Made by a program: the position numbers and the translations under genes
Notes under the pieces: generated by a model
What the model was told of the DNA's origin: nothing
Databases searched by the model: none
The model's input: only the letters and a program-made list of their open reading frames with translations
Part shown: positions 62,473-64,000 of the stretch, piece by piece
Layout of the letters: each line of letters starts with the position of its first letter
How positions within the stretch are numbered: the first letter of the stretch is position 1
Assembly (NCBI GenBank): GCA_944393505.1
Contig: CALYAK010000002.1
Location: 37,888-101,887, forward strand
Reading direction: 5' to 3'
DNA: 64,000 nt
From: an uncultured Clostridia bacterium
GTDB taxonomy: Bacteria; Bacillota; Clostridia; TANB77; CAG-508

Positions 62473-64000
62473 ATGAATCGCAAAAAAGCTTTTTTGATCA
62501 TCATTGTCACATTCTTAATTACTAGCTTACTTTTAGCAACACTTCAACCTGGTTTAATTCGAGAAATATTTACCTCATCTTCTTTAATTGATGCTAAATA
62601 TGCACAGGTTGATTATGCTACAAACGAAAGAGGAACTTTTATTAATGTACCATTGGATTCACGCCCAGTTGGTCGTGATACCGTTCAGTATTTAGCAACC
62701 GCTGCAGGTTATGACTATTATGAAATTACTTCTGGTCTAGATTCTGCAAGTGGTGACACAACTTATCGTATTGGTAACCCAACATCCATTCAGAATTCTT
62801 TAACCAGTACCGTACGAAACCATAATTACACAGATACAACAGTAGTCATCAATACTTCTTCCTATTTTCATGGTGGTTTAGTTGCTAATCGTACACCTTC
62901 TACTTATGAAAATATGGATCAAAAAATCAATACCTTGAAGAATTTAATTACATCTTATACCAGACCGGAATATTATGTCATTATGCAAATTCCTAGAAGT
63001 ATTCCAGATGGTAGAGTTTTAGCTTATCCTTCTGGTATCACAAGTACAACAAAAGTTGATGGCTTGGAAGCATATTACAATAAGTCAATTGGAAAAGCAG
63101 CTGTTCAAGAAACTTTTGATCAAGCAGTCTTAAACTGGTCTTATATTTACTATTCGATCAAAGATGGTAATGCTCAACCTAGCGATGCTTATGTTCGAAA
63201 CTTCTTTGCGGATTTCTATACCAAATACAAGACATATCTTGACCAATATATTGCTGTTTTTGATCAATCATATGCATACCTAAATCAGTTATATATTATG
63301 AAAGATCGTGACTATGATTTTTCTTTAGTTATTGCATCTGATTACTATCCAGCTTCTGATTTTATTACTCGAAATACAGGAAAATCTGGTTTTTCTTGGA
63401 TTAAAACAGACTCAAATGGAGAATTGATCCGCTACTGCGGAACCTATTATGTCGCTGAATTTGCTGAACTTTATGATCACCTATTTAGTGCTCCAGTTCT
63501 TTCTGGAACGGGCGCTACGACATCACTTGTTTTAGCAAATGATTTAGTTCGAAGAAATGAAAATGGAATCGATTTTAACTTAATGGATCCTTATACAAAC
63601 CGTGCTTTAGGAACAAAGTTTAATCAAAATCGTTCTTATTATGACCGAAAAAATAACGGAGATATATTAGATGAAAAAACAGCCTATATTAATCGATACG
63701 CAGAACGTACGAGAATTCCAGCTGATATCTATTTAGTAGATTCTTCTTCTGTTGACATTGGTTCTAACTCAGCTAATACAATGGTGAACAATGTCTTTGA
63801 CCATATTGAAGATGGCTATAACACTTCTTTAGTTGATTTAGCTACTAGTCAATTTGACTCCGATCTATTTGACGCCTTATTGCGAAAATCAGATAAAACC
63901 ACTTCACTTTATGATTTAGTTTATTGTGGAGGACTTAACTCTGCTGAAACATCTGCAGATATCGCACTAGCCGCTTCTACTGTTTATGCTATTTTAGAAG
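62473..64000 (+). CDS. hypothetical secreted/membrane-anchored protein (5' part; continues beyond window)
   Basis: Open frame from ATG 62473 to the window end (>500 codons) with strong RBS. N-terminal Lys-rich plus hydrophobic anchor (MNRKKAFLIIIVTFLITSLLLA). No recognisable catalytic motif. Not in the ORF track because no stop lies within the window. Confidence 0.55.
   Translation, partial: MNRKKAFLIIIVTFLITSLLLATLQPGLIREIFTSSSLIDAKYAQVDYATNERGTFINVPLDSRPVGRDTVQYLATAAGYDYYEITSGLDSASGDTTYRIGNPTSIQNSLTSTVRNHNYTDTTVVINTSSYFHGGLVANRTPSTYENMDQKINTLKNLITSYTRPEYYVIMQIPRSIPDGRVLAYPSGITSTTKVDGLEAYYNKSIGKAAVQETFDQAVLNWSYIYYSIKDGNAQPSDAYVRNFFADFYTKYKTYLDQYIAVFDQSYAYLNQLYIMKDRDYDFSLVIASDYYPASDFITRNTGKSGFSWIKTDSNGELIRYCGTYYVAEFAELYDHLFSAPVLSGTGATTSLVLANDLVRRNENGIDFNLMDPYTNRALGTKFNQNRSYYDRKNNGDILDEKTAYINRYAERTRIPADIYLVDSSSVDIGSNSANTMVNNVFDHIEDGYNTSLVDLATSQFDSDLFDALLRKSDKTTSLYDLVYCGGLNSAETSADIALAASTVYAILE

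Overview
Low-GC (~30%) Firmicute chromosomal segment, probably from a spore-former (CwlD-like amidase, SpoVD-like PBP with PASTA domains). Nearly all confident genes are on the minus strand.

In coordinate order the window holds:
- a thioredoxin with a mini ferredoxin-thioredoxin-reductase-like Cys protein upstream
- housekeeping genes (CsaA-like tRNA-binding protein, GNATs)
- two divergent polytopic membrane proteins, one of them frameshifted
- a complete trimeric electron-bifurcating-type [FeFe]-hydrogenase operon hydCBA
- a lone large serine recombinase abutting that operon
- a YhfW-like FAD/Rieske oxidoreductase and pyrBI
- two tandem but divergent epsilon/zeta-toxin-like modules
- the head of the dcw cluster (mraZ with its GTGG-repeat operator, rsmH, ftsL, class B PBP), which stops at the zeta modules
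- tRNA-modification genes (trmL, mnmA, sua5) and a DtxR-like regulator
- a csoR-thioesterase-copZ-copA copper operon
- a MacB/FtsX-type ABC exporter with a huge coiled-coil ectodomain, frameshifted
- metK, a class-B sortase, ksgA
- a second PBP next to a WalRK-like two-component system
- an ~8.2 kb cyclic beta-1,2-glucan-synthase-like (GT84+GH94) gene broken into four ORFs by three homopolymer frameshifts
- a 1221-aa sortase-anchored (IPQTG) papain-family C1 peptidase with a 24-bp x ~16 tandem repeat stalk

Main curiosities: the recombinase plus zeta-toxin region (possible integrated-element remnant interrupting the dcw cluster), the fragmented Cgs-like gene, the repeat-bearing anchored C1 protease with its sortase, and the FTR-like/thioredoxin pair. 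Five frameshifted large genes in 64 kb may indicate real gene decay or homopolymer sequencing errors; the sequence alone cannot decide.
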